From NCBI GenBank assembly GCA_029261065.1, contig JAJDCB010000011.1, positions 175,168 through 239,167 on the forward strand: a stretch of DNA of 64,000 bases, read 5' to 3'. A program made the translations under genes and the position numbers. Shown piece by piece: positions 29,397 through 39,665 of this stretch. Position 1 is the stretch's first letter; each line of letters opens with the position of its first letter. The notes beneath the pieces were generated by a model, which saw only the letters and a list, made by a program, of their open reading frames with translations, did not search any database and was not told the DNA's origin. This stretch comes from Candidatus Omnitrophota bacterium (GTDB lineage Bacteria; Omnitrophota; Gorgyraeia; Zapsychrales; Zapsychraceae).

Positions 29397-30125
29397 ATGA
29401 ATGATAATGAGAGAGTAGCTGTTGTAACAGGATCCAATCGTGGCATAGGATTAGAAATCGTAAGACAACTATCTAAATTAGGGATGCATGTTGTCTTAAC
29501 GAGCCGAGATGAAGCCAAGGGATTAAAAGTTTGTGAAGATTTACACACGCAAGAACTTCCCGTTCGTTATTATCAATTAGATGTAACGCATGCGGCAAGT
29601 ATAGATAAACTTAAAGATTTTGTTACAAAGGAATTTGGTCGCTGCGATATTCTTGTTAATAATGCAGGCATTTTTCCAGATTCGGGAAATGCCAGTGACA
29701 ATAGTTGGCCTAGTGTTTTAGAAACATCGATTGAGACGATGCGCAAAGGGATGGAAACAAATGTGTATGGTCCTGTGTTATTATCTCAGGCCTTTATTCC
29801 GCTTATGAAAAAAAATAATTATGGGCGCATTGTTAATTTATCAAGTGGCATGGGACAATTGACGAACATGAACGGATTTTGTCCGTCGTACCGTATTTCA
29901 AAAACAAGTATTAATGCCTTAACGCGTATTCTCGCCGAAGAATTAAAAGAAACCAATATCCTTGTTAATAGTATGTGTCCCGGTTGGGTCAAGACGGATA
30001 TGGGTGGGCCAAACGCTACGCGTCCCTTAGAAGAAGGCGCTGATACCGCGATATTTCTAGCCACACTTCCGGATGACGGGCCATCAGGTCAGTTTTTCAG
30101 GGATAGAAAAGTATTTGATTGGTAG
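29397..30125 (+). CDS. SDR oxidoreductase (carbonyl reductase-like)
   Basis: TGSNRGIG, NNAG, YRISK, CPGWVKTDMGG. Confidence 0.93.
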   Translation: MNDNERVAVVTGSNRGIGLEIVRQLSKLGMHVVLTSRDEAKGLKVCEDLHTQELPVRYYQLDVTHAASIDKLKDFVTKEFGRCDILVNNAGIFPDSGNASDNSWPSVLETSIETMRKGMETNVYGPVLLSQAFIPLMKKNNYGRIVNLSSGMGQLTNMNGFCPSYRISKTSINALTRILAEELKETNILVNSMCPGWVKTDMGGPNATRPLEEGADTAIFLATLPDDGPSGQFFRDRKVFDW

Positions 30126-30158
30126 TTTAGGGTGTAGGTGTTAGGTCTTTGAATTGAT

Positions 30159-30845
30159 ATGAAAAATTATAAGTTAAACAAGATTGTTCTTTCCATAAAA
30201 AATTCTCCTGAGAAGTTTTTAAATGGTTTAACGTCCAATGAGCTGGATAAATCGAATAATGCCTTTTTAACTATTAATGGGCGGATACTTGCGACCTTTG
30301 ATCAGTTAAAGATTAATGAAAATCAATTCATTATCCTTGTTGAAAAGCCATATGTTGAGGGGCTTTTAACTCATTTAGAACGTTATCGCATGTTAAGTGG
30401 AGCTGAGATAGAACAATTAGACAGACATGTCTATTTTGATATTGATCCAGTTGAAGAACAACCAGGTTCATGTTTGCTTAGCTGTTGGATAATTCCTCAA
30501 AAGAAAGGCCGTATTATTATTTCCGAGGAACCCTTGGAAACTAATGTGAGTGAAGAGACCTTTACGTTATTTCGTTTAGATAACAACATCCCGGTGCATG
30601 GTATAGATTTTAAAGATGAAATGTTGCTTAATGTTTCGACGACCGAGTTTGTTTCGTTTACGAAAGGATGTTATTTGGGGCAGGAGCCGATATCAAAGGT
30701 TTATAATCGATCGAAGCCGACGTGGAAGTTGGTGGTGAAGTATGAAGATGAGTGTGGTGATGAAGAGCGTGGGAAGATGACATCGGTGATGAAGGAATTG
30801 GGGGCGTCCCGCAGGAAGGGGTTTGTTTTTGTACGCAATGTGTGA
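30159..30845 (+). CDS. YgfZ/GcvT-like folate-binding protein (short form)
   Basis: KGCYLGQE signature. Confidence 0.8.
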   Translation: MKNYKLNKIVLSIKNSPEKFLNGLTSNELDKSNNAFLTINGRILATFDQLKINENQFIILVEKPYVEGLLTHLERYRMLSGAEIEQLDRHVYFDIDPVEEQPGSCLLSCWIIPQKKGRIIISEEPLETNVSEETFTLFRLDNNIPVHGIDFKDEMLLNVSTTEFVSFTKGCYLGQEPISKVYNRSKPTWKLVVKYEDECGDEERGKMTSVMKELGASRRKGFVFVRNV

Positions 30846-30856
30846 TCACTATTGGT

Positions 30857-31000
30857 GGGTCCCCGCTTTCGCGGGGATGACAATATTATTTTTACTTGGC
30901 ACCGTGGTGTTACGAAATAGAAATCGTGTCGTCCCCGCGTAGGCGGGGATTCGTGCGCCATAATTACTATTACTTGATCCCCGCTTCCACGGGAATGACA
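30857..31000. repeat. REP/dRS3-like cluster (three copies)
   Basis: Copies at 30857-30882, 30927-30952 and 30976-31000. Confidence 0.9.
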
Positions 31001-31024
31001 TGATTTCTATTTTGAGGAAATGAT

Positions 31025-31621
31025 ATGATCGAAATACTCAATTCACTCGGCCTATTATTCGGCGGCTCCTGGGCTTCAGGCATTAATTTTTATTTAACAA
31101 CAGCGGGCTTGGGCATTGCTCATCGCATGGAATTGATTGTTCTTCCCGGCGAACTTGATGTGTTAGCGCATCCATTAGTCATCGGAGTTGCGATTACGTT
31201 GTACGCGATTGAATTCTTCGCTGATAAAATTCCATATGTCGATTCCGCTTGGGATAGTGTGCACACCTTTATTCGACCGATTGGCGCAACGGCGTTAAGT
31301 TATATGGCGCTCAATGATGTGAACCCTGCTTTTCAGACGTCATTGTCGTTGGTTGCTGGATCTATCGCTTTAGATGCCCATCTTACAAAAGCCACCGCAA
31401 GAGCGGCGATTAATACATCCCCTGAACCTATTACCAATTCCGTCGCAAGTGTGACGGAAGATATTTCCGTTTTAGGTGCGTTATATCTCATTATCAAACA
31501 TCCTGTTGTGATGTCAGTTTTAGTTATTATTTTTATCATTTTCTCAATTTGGTTTTTAAAAAAGATGTTTAAATTCTTTAAAAAAATATTTTCTAGAAAA
31601 AAGATCAAACATGTTGGATAA
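31025..31621 (+). CDS. DUF4126 membrane protein
   Basis: WASGIN.Y, EFFADKIPYVDSAWD..HTFIRP, SPEP..N...S..ED. Confidence 0.9.
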   Translation: MIEILNSLGLLFGGSWASGINFYLTTAGLGIAHRMELIVLPGELDVLAHPLVIGVAITLYAIEFFADKIPYVDSAWDSVHTFIRPIGATALSYMALNDVNPAFQTSLSLVAGSIALDAHLTKATARAAINTSPEPITNSVASVTEDISVLGALYLIIKHPVVMSVLVIIFIIFSIWFLKKMFKFFKKIFSRKKIKHVG

Positions 31622-33623
31622 AAAATATGTCTTTGTTGTATTCGTATTTCTAATTCCTTTTCTTTCTTTATCTTGCCAAAGCCTTTCTCCTCAAAACATA
31701 AAACAAGACCCAACAATGTTACAAATACTCAAAGGCTTCTCTTTGCCTGAAAAAGAATTTGTTATTAATGATACAGGAAAAGAGGATGTTCTTGATTATA
31801 CGGAGTATGGGACATTTGTTAACCTAGGAGAAAAAGGGTATCAGTACGAGATAACGAATGAGAAGAAATTAAATGAAGATCTGGGTGTCGGTATTTTCCC
31901 AAACTATGAAGGTGTTCAACAGGAGCCGAACTTTAAGGTTATGTTTGAACAAGGTCTTTTAAACGAGCACCATTGGAAGATATTAACATCGAAAAATAAG
32001 CAGCAGGCTTTTTATACATGGGCGATGACGAATGAAGAGCCTGGGGTTAAAGCTTTTTTTACAGCAAGGATATTGGAGGAGTCGGGGCATATGGTACAAG
32101 CCATAAAGTCTTATTACTCGGCTGTAGTTCATTTTCCAAAATCTGTCGGCTGGGGCCAGGATCAAAGTTTTGTTTGGTACATTGCCCCTGCGGCCATTGG
32201 TCAAATTAAGCGTCTCTGTCGGGATTATCCAGAGTTAAATTTGGAATACGTTGATGCCATGTTTGACGTTGAGAATGGAGGTGATACGGATCTTAGCAAT
32301 GATATAATCACTCTTAACCCAGGACGTTTTATTAAAAAAGATTATGATGAAAAGTTAAATGATTTGCCACAGCTAGATAGTCAAAAAGTTGTTGATCGAA
32401 GGGGGACGGGAAGGGTTCAACTCATTAAGTACGCCAATGGTCATTGGCAGATGCGTGTTGATGATAAACCCTTTATTGTTAAAGGTATGACTTATGGCCC
32501 CACGGAGATAGGAATTGGCCCGCAAAATGATTTTAATTTTGATCAGCGTTGGATGTTTAGAGATAAAAATCAGAATAAAAAAATAGATGCTCCTTATGAG
32601 GCCTGGGTGGATAAGAATAAAAATGGTCAGCAGGATAAGGATGAACCGAATATTGGTGATTTTCAAATTTTGAAGGATATGGGTCTTAATGCGATTCGAT
32701 TGTATATTCCCAATAAAACGTCTACGGAATATGATCCAAGTTTTATCAATAAAGAATTATTGAGAGACTTATATAACAGTTATGGGATAAGTATTATTGC
32801 TGGTGATTTTTTAGGAGCCTACACTGTTGGATCAGGCGCTGATTGGCTGACGGGGACAGACTATAGAGATGAAAAGCAACGTGCTGTTATGAAAGAAATT
32901 GTTCGACAAAAAGTGTTAGATCTAAAGGATGAGCCTTTTGTTTTAATGTGGTTGCTGGGTAATGAGAATAATATGCCTGTGGATAATCTGGGGGTTAACG
33001 CGACACGAACAAATGCCGAGTTATATCCGGAACGTTATGCTCAATTTTTAAATGAGGTTGCTGCCATGATTCATGAATTGGATCCGAATCATCCGGTGGC
33101 GGTGGGAAATCTTGGGACGGGTTTGATGGAATATTATGATCAATATGCCTCAGAGATAGATATTCTCGGGGTCAATTCTTATCCGGGTAAATCTGGTTTT
33201 GGTACGTTATGGGGGGATGTGAAAAGAAAATTTGATCGCCCCGTTTTAATCACAGAATACGGAGCTGATGTTTACGATGAAAATCTTCAGACGCCTAATG
33301 AAGAAGGTCAGCGCGATTATTATTTAGGAAATTTACGGGATATTGTTTTTAATCAAGCCGGTGGACTCTATGAAGGAAATGCGATTGGTGGTGTTGTTTT
33401 TGAATATTTGGATGAATGGTGGAAAGACAGTCAAGGTCATTCCGTTTTTGAACAACAACATAAACCTCAATTTTCAGCAGCTTTTTTTGACGGTTATGAC
33501 CATGAGGAGTGGTTTGGTATTGTTGGTCAGGGCAGCGGCGATCACAGTCCTTTTGAAAGAAGGTTGCGAGAAACTTACTATATGTTTAAGTCTTATTGGA
33601 ATTCAGAAGATAGAGAAGAGTAA
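31611..33623 (+). CDS. Lipoprotein glycoside hydrolase, clan GH-A (GH2-like TIM barrel)
   Basis: LSLSC lipobox; VKG.TY.P, MGLNAIRLY, WLLGNE (acid/base), ITEYG (nucleophile), FEYLDEWWK. Confidence 0.82.
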   Translation: MLDKKYVFVVFVFLIPFLSLSCQSLSPQNIKQDPTMLQILKGFSLPEKEFVINDTGKEDVLDYTEYGTFVNLGEKGYQYEITNEKKLNEDLGVGIFPNYEGVQQEPNFKVMFEQGLLNEHHWKILTSKNKQQAFYTWAMTNEEPGVKAFFTARILEESGHMVQAIKSYYSAVVHFPKSVGWGQDQSFVWYIAPAAIGQIKRLCRDYPELNLEYVDAMFDVENGGDTDLSNDIITLNPGRFIKKDYDEKLNDLPQLDSQKVVDRRGTGRVQLIKYANGHWQMRVDDKPFIVKGMTYGPTEIGIGPQNDFNFDQRWMFRDKNQNKKIDAPYEAWVDKNKNGQQDKDEPNIGDFQILKDMGLNAIRLYIPNKTSTEYDPSFINKELLRDLYNSYGISIIAGDFLGAYTVGSGADWLTGTDYRDEKQRAVMKEIVRQKVLDLKDEPFVLMWLLGNENNMPVDNLGVNATRTNAELYPERYAQFLNEVAAMIHELDPNHPVAVGNLGTGLMEYYDQYASEIDILGVNSYPGKSGFGTLWGDVKRKFDRPVLITEYGADVYDENLQTPNEEGQRDYYLGNLRDIVFNQAGGLYEGNAIGGVVFEYLDEWWKDSQGHSVFEQQHKPQFSAAFFDGYDHEEWFGIVGQGSGDHSPFERRLRETYYMFKSYWNSEDREE

Positions 33624-33647
33624 ATGATTTTAAGAAAGGGAGGGTGT

Positions 33648-35267
33648 ATGCGTTACCAATTAAAAATGTGTCTGCTTGTCATTTTGTCGTTGTGTGCCGC
33701 AGGCTGTATTGATACCAAACAAGAATTTTTTCTTAATCCGGATGGGTCAGGAAAAGTTATTCATGAAACTAGCTTGCAGTCGTTGAATATTACTATAGGA
33801 ATACAAGAGTCTGCTGAGAGTAAACAAAAGAAAATGGTGAAGGCTGAGATTGAGAAGTCTATTGGTATTGAGACTTGGAAAGATGTCTCTTTTGAACCTG
33901 TAGGGGATGATCAGGTAAAATTTAAGGGAACGGCTTATTTTAAAGATGTTAATAAGCTTAAGATTCATAATGGAGGAGCTTCAATTTCTTTTGTTGGCCA
34001 TATTGATTATCAAATAAAGGGAGATGAAATTTTTTTAGAATTGAAAAATAAAGAAGAGAAGAAAAAGAGCCAAGAGGATGGGCCCGTTAATTATACAGAA
34101 GAAGAATTAGCCGCCAAAATTGAAGAGAATAAAAGGGAATATCAAAAAACAAGAGTGATGTTGGCGGGTGTTCTTCCATCATTAAGGCATGAGAGAATTT
34201 TTCATCTTCCAGGAAAAGTTGAATCTATGCATAATTTTACGAGAAGAGATGATGGGGCGTTGGTAAATATTGTGGAAGGTACAAAGATGCTTGAGGCCAT
34301 GGATAAACTTATGGAAGATGAAGAATTGATTGCTCGTCAAATAAAATCAGGTCGTAACGTTATGAAAGATGGTTTTGGTAATGAATATCAATCTAACGAA
34401 ATATTTTTTGAGGAAAATGCCCCTGTACAGGCAACACTTTGGGATGCAAGGACACCGTTGTTTGATTATGCATCCGAAGTTGAGGAGGCGAAGCAAAACT
34501 ATGCCAAGGTGTCTGCTTTATTAGATCTACCGAAAAAGGTTACTGTGAGACCTTCAGATATTGGTGAATTTAAAGTGGTGGGAGTTAGATTGATTACATT
34601 CTCTGACCAGGATAACGGTATTCGCCCCTTTAATTTTGATGAAGGTTATACGTTATCTATCATGGGTGCTTTACCAGAAAAGGTACTTAAGGCTACAGAA
34701 GGTAAGGTCATATCTGCTATCGCTGATAATGGAACAAATTTATTATCTGAGAAAGGCTGGGACCGTAAAATTAATTTTATTACGTTAGGTGAAGATCAAC
34801 AGACTGTGATTTTTGATGTTAATCTTAAGCTGCCTTCAAAAGATGTAAAAGGCTTAAAAGAAGTTTCAGGTGATATTGTATTTGTTACATCTCAAGGATT
34901 TAAAGAAGTGGATTTGCAATTGAGTCAGTTTACTACTGGAGCCAAGGGGGGAGAATTTGATGCCGAGATCGTTAAGATTGGAGAAGATCAATGGACGCCA
35001 GGGAAACAGAGTATTGAGTTAAAGTTATCTTTAGCTAAATATAAAATAAAAGATATTGAGTTTTTTGACAGCAGTAATCAGAAGCTGGTTGTTGAGTCCG
35101 CCGGTTCAAGTACATGGGAAGATAGTTCAACGTTGAATTATCGTCTAAAAGATGGCGAAGCATTTCCTGCATCTGGAAAAGTTGTGATTCATGTTTATGA
35201 AAACTTGCAAAATTTTGAGATGCCGTTTATACTAAGCGACATTTCACTGTTAGGTGAAACAAAATAA
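33648..35267 (+). CDS. Hypothetical lipoprotein
   Basis: AAGC lipobox followed by LNPDGSG; GGAGG SD before ATG 33648. Confidence 0.75.
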   Translation: MRYQLKMCLLVILSLCAAGCIDTKQEFFLNPDGSGKVIHETSLQSLNITIGIQESAESKQKKMVKAEIEKSIGIETWKDVSFEPVGDDQVKFKGTAYFKDVNKLKIHNGGASISFVGHIDYQIKGDEIFLELKNKEEKKKSQEDGPVNYTEEELAAKIEENKREYQKTRVMLAGVLPSLRHERIFHLPGKVESMHNFTRRDDGALVNIVEGTKMLEAMDKLMEDEELIARQIKSGRNVMKDGFGNEYQSNEIFFEENAPVQATLWDARTPLFDYASEVEEAKQNYAKVSALLDLPKKVTVRPSDIGEFKVVGVRLITFSDQDNGIRPFNFDEGYTLSIMGALPEKVLKATEGKVISAIADNGTNLLSEKGWDRKINFITLGEDQQTVIFDVNLKLPSKDVKGLKEVSGDIVFVTSQGFKEVDLQLSQFTTGAKGGEFDAEIVKIGEDQWTPGKQSIELKLSLAKYKIKDIEFFDSSNQKLVVESAGSSTWEDSSTLNYRLKDGEAFPASGKVVIHVYENLQNFEMPFILSDISLLGETK

Positions 35268-35295
35268 ATAAAAACTACATCAGGGGAGAGAAGCA

Positions 35296-36195
35296 ATGTT
35301 TAATGGTTTTAAAAATTTAATGTTATGTCTTTGTATTATCGGTTTAACTTCTTATTCATGGGCGGATGAAATTCATTTATCGAATGGGGATAAAATTACA
35401 GGAAAATTGATTTCTGAAACGCAGACAGAGATGACTGTTGAGACAAAAGCTATGGGGGAAATCTTTATTAAGAAAATACTTGTGAAAGATCACGTCACGC
35501 AAGCTCAGATTGAGGCCGCTAAGAGAAAAAAAGAAGGGCCTCAGTGGGATCGGTCGTTGTCTCTTGGTTATACGCAGGCTAATGGAAATACAGATAAGAG
35601 TAGTTTTTCTGGAGGTGTATCGGTAAATCGAAAAACAGAACAAGATGAATGGACAGGAAAAATCAATAGTTATCTTTCAACGTCAGATAAAAAAATGGAT
35701 GGAAAAAAGTTTACAGGTTTAGCCCAGTATAAGCGTAAGCTTCCTGATAGTCCGAAGTGGGATCATTTTGCGAAGTTGGAGGCGAGTCAAGATCGATTTG
35801 CGAATGTGCATTATCGGCTCACACCAACCTATGGTATTGGTTATCAAGCACATGATGAAGATGATTTTAAACTACGCGGCGAGCTTGCAGCTGGTTTTGA
35901 GCATACGAATTATCGTGATGGTACAAAGAGCGATAATGAAGCCATTCTTGTTCCTCGTGGCTATTTTGAAAAAGTGTTGTTTGGTGATTTAAGGTTTAAA
36001 GAAGATGTTACGCTTTATCCTTCATTAAGCGAAACAGGTGAATTTCGTTTACGTGCAGAATCGATTTTGGAAAATCCAATTTCTGAGAAAATGTTTTGGA
36101 AGTTAAGTTTCTTAGAAGAGTTTGATTCAAACCCTCAAGGAACGGCCAAAAAGAATGACACGCGACTTGTCACATCTTTAGATGTAAAGTTCTAA
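35296..36195 (+). CDS. DUF481/YdiY-type outer-membrane beta-barrel
   Basis: GYT.A.GNT, DRFA....R, G.GY, C-terminal Phe; signal peptide. Confidence 0.85.
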   Translation: MFNGFKNLMLCLCIIGLTSYSWADEIHLSNGDKITGKLISETQTEMTVETKAMGEIFIKKILVKDHVTQAQIEAAKRKKEGPQWDRSLSLGYTQANGNTDKSSFSGGVSVNRKTEQDEWTGKINSYLSTSDKKMDGKKFTGLAQYKRKLPDSPKWDHFAKLEASQDRFANVHYRLTPTYGIGYQAHDEDDFKLRGELAAGFEHTNYRDGTKSDNEAILVPRGYFEKVLFGDLRFKEDVTLYPSLSETGEFRLRAESILENPISEKMFWKLSFLEEFDSNPQGTAKKNDTRLVTSLDVKF

Positions 36196-37401
36196 ATGAA
36201 TGATTCACCTCAGAATGTGTTTCAGAAAAATATAGTCTATTTGTTTATATGTGCATTGATGATGTTGGTCGTGGTGAGTTTTATTGGTCAACTATATCAG
36301 GCACAAAGCAAACCATTCTGGGGTGATGAGGAATATGGAATTGAGACGTCCGTCGCGTACTTTAGTTACGGACATATGCTTCTTCATGGCGCTCAAGGTC
36401 AGGGAAGTCCCGCCCCTTTAGATTATCTCGCTTTAAAAATTTTTGATGACATGAAAATTCATGTGGATACCTTTGGTTTATCTGATGAAGTTTATTATCG
36501 TTTATGGGCCAATGGGGTAACCGTTGTTATGTGTTTTATCATGGCTTTGTTGTTACTAGGCGACATCAACTCCTCAAGAAGTACAATCTCAATAAAATCT
36601 ATTCAAATGACGCTTGTTGTTTTTGCATGCGTTACATTTTTGTTTAGTCGCATGGTGTATTATTATGCTGCTGAAGCTCGACCCTATGCTTTATGGAACG
36701 TCCTTTGGATGTTTTCTTTGGTGGTCAGTTTGTCTGAACAAAAATCAAAGCGATTGCTAATCATTTCTCTTTGTTTATTAGCCATGTCGGCTACAGCCTC
36801 TATTTTTCAAATATTAATGATGGCCATTGCGTTTGGAATTTTTGAGTTTTTAAAAGAAAAGAAATTTCAACAAACAATTTTAAAAACGATGAAAATATTT
36901 GTGTTGCCTTTTTTGATTTCTTTCTATTACTGTTTACAAGCAGATAAGTGGAGTATCGTAGAGGCGGGAGGAACGTTTCATGATTTTTTGGATTTATGGA
37001 ATCATAAAGCAACAACCATTCCTTTAATGGGAGTTGCTATTGGTTTATGTTTTATTGGCAGAGACAATCGAAAGCATGCATTAGCTCCATTAAGTGTTCT
37101 TTTATTATTTCTTATCGGTCCATTGATTTTTTGGGTCACACGATTAAAAGGTTTTTTTTATGCCGAAAGGCAATTTGTCTATTATGATTTAACTTATGCG
37201 GTTTTTCTCTTAACCGTCATGAAATGTTTGCCATCCATTTTTTCTAGAATTAAGCTTAATAAACTAAAAATGGGGGTGTTTGCCCTAATTTTTTTTATTG
37301 GATTCTCGATGACGTTTCGAAAAAAGCTTCTTCGAAAAGTAGAGAAATCCACTCAAGCCACCATATCTTTTCTCAAAGAGCCTTCACACCTTAATTTATA
37401 G
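36196..37401 (+). CDS. Polytopic membrane protein, GT-C-like glycosyltransferase
   Basis: FWGDE after TM1, PL.Y, YAAEARPYAL, multiple TM segments. Confidence 0.65.
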   Translation: MNDSPQNVFQKNIVYLFICALMMLVVVSFIGQLYQAQSKPFWGDEEYGIETSVAYFSYGHMLLHGAQGQGSPAPLDYLALKIFDDMKIHVDTFGLSDEVYYRLWANGVTVVMCFIMALLLLGDINSSRSTISIKSIQMTLVVFACVTFLFSRMVYYYAAEARPYALWNVLWMFSLVVSLSEQKSKRLLIISLCLLAMSATASIFQILMMAIAFGIFEFLKEKKFQQTILKTMKIFVLPFLISFYYCLQADKWSIVEAGGTFHDFLDLWNHKATTIPLMGVAIGLCFIGRDNRKHALAPLSVLLLFLIGPLIFWVTRLKGFFYAERQFVYYDLTYAVFLLTVMKCLPSIFSRIKLNKLKMGVFALIFFIGFSMTFRKKLLRKVEKSTQATISFLKEPSHLNL

Positions 37402-37471
37402 TAATTTTTTGGATTTTAACCTATTTAATAGCAGTGTTTTACAGCAAATTTAGGTGTCCGGGACTGTCATG

Positions 37472-37500
37472 TTGACTAATATACTTATTCTTACTAAAAT
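37472..37500 (+). promoter_or_regulatory. Putative sigma70 promoter of the pilus-like operon
   Basis: TTGACT-N17-TAAAAT. Confidence 0.6.
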
Positions 37501-37543
37501 AAATATTGTCAGATAATCAAAATACGAATTATTAAGGCATAAT

Positions 37544-38935
37544 ATGTATTACAACGATTTGCATAAATTAAAAAAGATGAGTCTTCTTGTACTATCGACG
37601 ATACTTATCTGTTCCTTTCCTTCAAAAGCGACTGCCTCGCTTAGGCTTAGCATAAGGCCGATTGATGGGGGCAACAGCCTGCGCTTTGGGCGTGTTGATA
37701 TTCCATCAAAATCCAACCAAGAGGTACGCCTAACAATTACATCTAGCGATAATAAACAGTATCAAGTTTTTCAACGTTTGGTTGAACCTTTTGTCAATGA
37801 ACGAGGGGAGAGCTTGAATCGATCTGTTATGACTGTCTCTGCCTTAACAGGTTCTAACATGGCAGGAACGGTATTTGTTCAAGAAGCGGAGAGAGTAGGC
37901 TATTCGGAACAGCTCATTTATACCTCTGATGGCAATGGAGATAGTGATGCGTTTACATTGGTTTATCAAGTTAATGAAGATACGTTTTCCCAGTCCGGCA
38001 ATTTTTTTGGAAAGGTTATTTATACCGTTCGTGCTGTTGGAAGTTCTAATCAGGACGAATCGTTGTTAAATATTTTTTTTGAATCCGCAGATGATTTTAA
38101 GTTCTCGGTTGATACCTCATCAGCCAGTCAATTTGTAAGATTAAATTCGGAAAGTGAACAGACCTTTCAAGGGTATGTTAAGTTTTCTTACTCAGGGCAT
38201 CATTCTGGTTCGTTAAGTATTGATCAAGATATATTTCTTTATCCAGCCAATGATGTGAATGAAGATATACAAAAAGAGATTGTTACATTTTTTGTTCAAG
38301 CAAAACAAGAGTCGGATGTTAAGATTCAAGAACCAGAAAATTTAGATTTTGGTTTACGTCAGTTGTATTCATCGCGATCAGATGAGGATGAGGTTATAGT
38401 TTATTTTCAATTAAATAAGGATATGGTTGATCAGCAAATTCAAGGGGATTATAGGGGGAAGATAAAGTTTAGCGTTGAGAGTTCGCAAGTTCACGAAGTG
38501 ATTGACGTTGATCTAGAAATTTCTATTTCACCGATTTTTGAACTTGTTGTGGATTATCCTCCTGAGGGAATGAGTTTTCGGGAGCTCGTTCCACACGGTG
38601 AGGCGCAAACAAAAGAAATTTCTGTTCGTGTTCGTTCTAATCTCGGCCGGCCTTATGTTGTTGGTCAAAATGTCAGTGGGCTTTTAACAAACGAGGAAGG
38701 AAGCGAACTGGTTAATACGAATTTTACGCAGAATGTAGAGTTAGTAGGGTCAACAACAGGTGAGGTTGAGATTCTGGATTTTGTGCCTGTTGAAGATGGT
38801 GAAACGTCTTTATTTCATTCTGATAAAGAGGGATCATCGGCACAATTTAAAGTGCATTATCGTATCAAGCCTTATCAAAAGATGAAGGCTGGAGATTATA
38901 AAACAGCTGTTATTTATTCTTTAAGTGAAGTGTGA
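37544..38935 (+). CDS. Secreted multi-domain pilin/adhesin-like protein
   Basis: Three beta-rich modules ending GNFFGKVIYTV, GDYRGKIKFSV and GDYKTAVIYSL. Confidence 0.6.
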   Translation: MYYNDLHKLKKMSLLVLSTILICSFPSKATASLRLSIRPIDGGNSLRFGRVDIPSKSNQEVRLTITSSDNKQYQVFQRLVEPFVNERGESLNRSVMTVSALTGSNMAGTVFVQEAERVGYSEQLIYTSDGNGDSDAFTLVYQVNEDTFSQSGNFFGKVIYTVRAVGSSNQDESLLNIFFESADDFKFSVDTSSASQFVRLNSESEQTFQGYVKFSYSGHHSGSLSIDQDIFLYPANDVNEDIQKEIVTFFVQAKQESDVKIQEPENLDFGLRQLYSSRSDEDEVIVYFQLNKDMVDQQIQGDYRGKIKFSVESSQVHEVIDVDLEISISPIFELVVDYPPEGMSFRELVPHGEAQTKEISVRVRSNLGRPYVVGQNVSGLLTNEEGSELVNTNFTQNVELVGSTTGEVEILDFVPVEDGETSLFHSDKEGSSAQFKVHYRIKPYQKMKAGDYKTAVIYSLSEV

Positions 38936-38999
38936 TATGAGCTGAGGGGAAATCTAAGGTATTCATTTAATTAAACAGTTACAAAGAAGGGGGTATGAG

Positions 39000-39617
39000 A
39001 TGAAAAAATTAGGTTTAAATCTTTTTGCTTTATTTGCGATTCTTGGCTTAACGGCAAGTATTGCCTCGGCACAATCGAGTGAAACATTTACTGTTCAAGC
39101 GGAGATCTTACCATCTAATGGTGCGACTTTTTCAGTTAGTAAGGTTACTCCTGGAAATCCAGATCAATTTCAAAGTGTAAATACAACGGATTTGGATTTT
39201 GGTGTGCTTACGTTAAATACTAATTTGGGAATTTTTCTTCCATCATTTTTTTGGGTGATTGATGTTGCTCCAAATGGTGCTGGTAATCCGGATATTGATA
39301 TTGAATATTTGGACACGGGTGCTCCAGCGGGTGCTATAGCAACATTGGGTCAAAGAGGAACGATTAGTTTTGCAGAAGTTATTCCGCAACCAAACAATCA
39401 GCCTGATCAAGTAAATGTTATTAAGGGAGAAAGTTTAGCCGAAGCTGATGGCGATTCCATCGATGAAACACAATTTGCAGCTGGTTTTGCTCGGATTTCT
39501 GTTTCAACAGCTACGGGAGATCCAAATTTACAAGAAGGAACGGCTCAACCATTTACAGCATTGGATAAAGATGGTGTTTATAATGGTCAATTAAAAATAA
39601 CGACGACATTTGATTAA
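39000..39617 (+). CDS. Putative major pilin (chaperone-usher/Csu-like)
   Basis: Signal peptide, N-terminal FTVQAEI alternating strand, LDFG, C-terminal GVYNGQLKIT. Confidence 0.6.
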   Translation: MKKLGLNLFALFAILGLTASIASAQSSETFTVQAEILPSNGATFSVSKVTPGNPDQFQSVNTTDLDFGVLTLNTNLGIFLPSFFWVIDVAPNGAGNPDIDIEYLDTGAPAGAIATLGQRGTISFAEVIPQPNNQPDQVNVIKGESLAEADGDSIDETQFAAGFARISVSTATGDPNLQEGTAQPFTALDKDGVYNGQLKITTTFD

Positions 39618-39629
39618 TAATAAAAGGTA

Positions 39630-39662
39630 TAGGGGGGGGGCGTGAGCCTCCCCTAAGTTTTT
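39630..39662 (+). terminator. Stem-loop/partial terminator after the major pilin
   Basis: TAG(9)C-GTGA-GCCTCCCCTA followed by AGTTTTT. Confidence 0.65.
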
Positions 39663-39665
39663 ATA

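Noticed and set aside
22681-31000. CRISPR array interpretation of the palindromic repeats
   Set aside because: Copies are inverted, irregularly spaced and dispersed; no cas genes
20565-31100. Diversity-generating retroelement as the cause of the variability or G enrichment
   Set aside because: No reverse transcriptase and no template/variable repeat pair seen in the window
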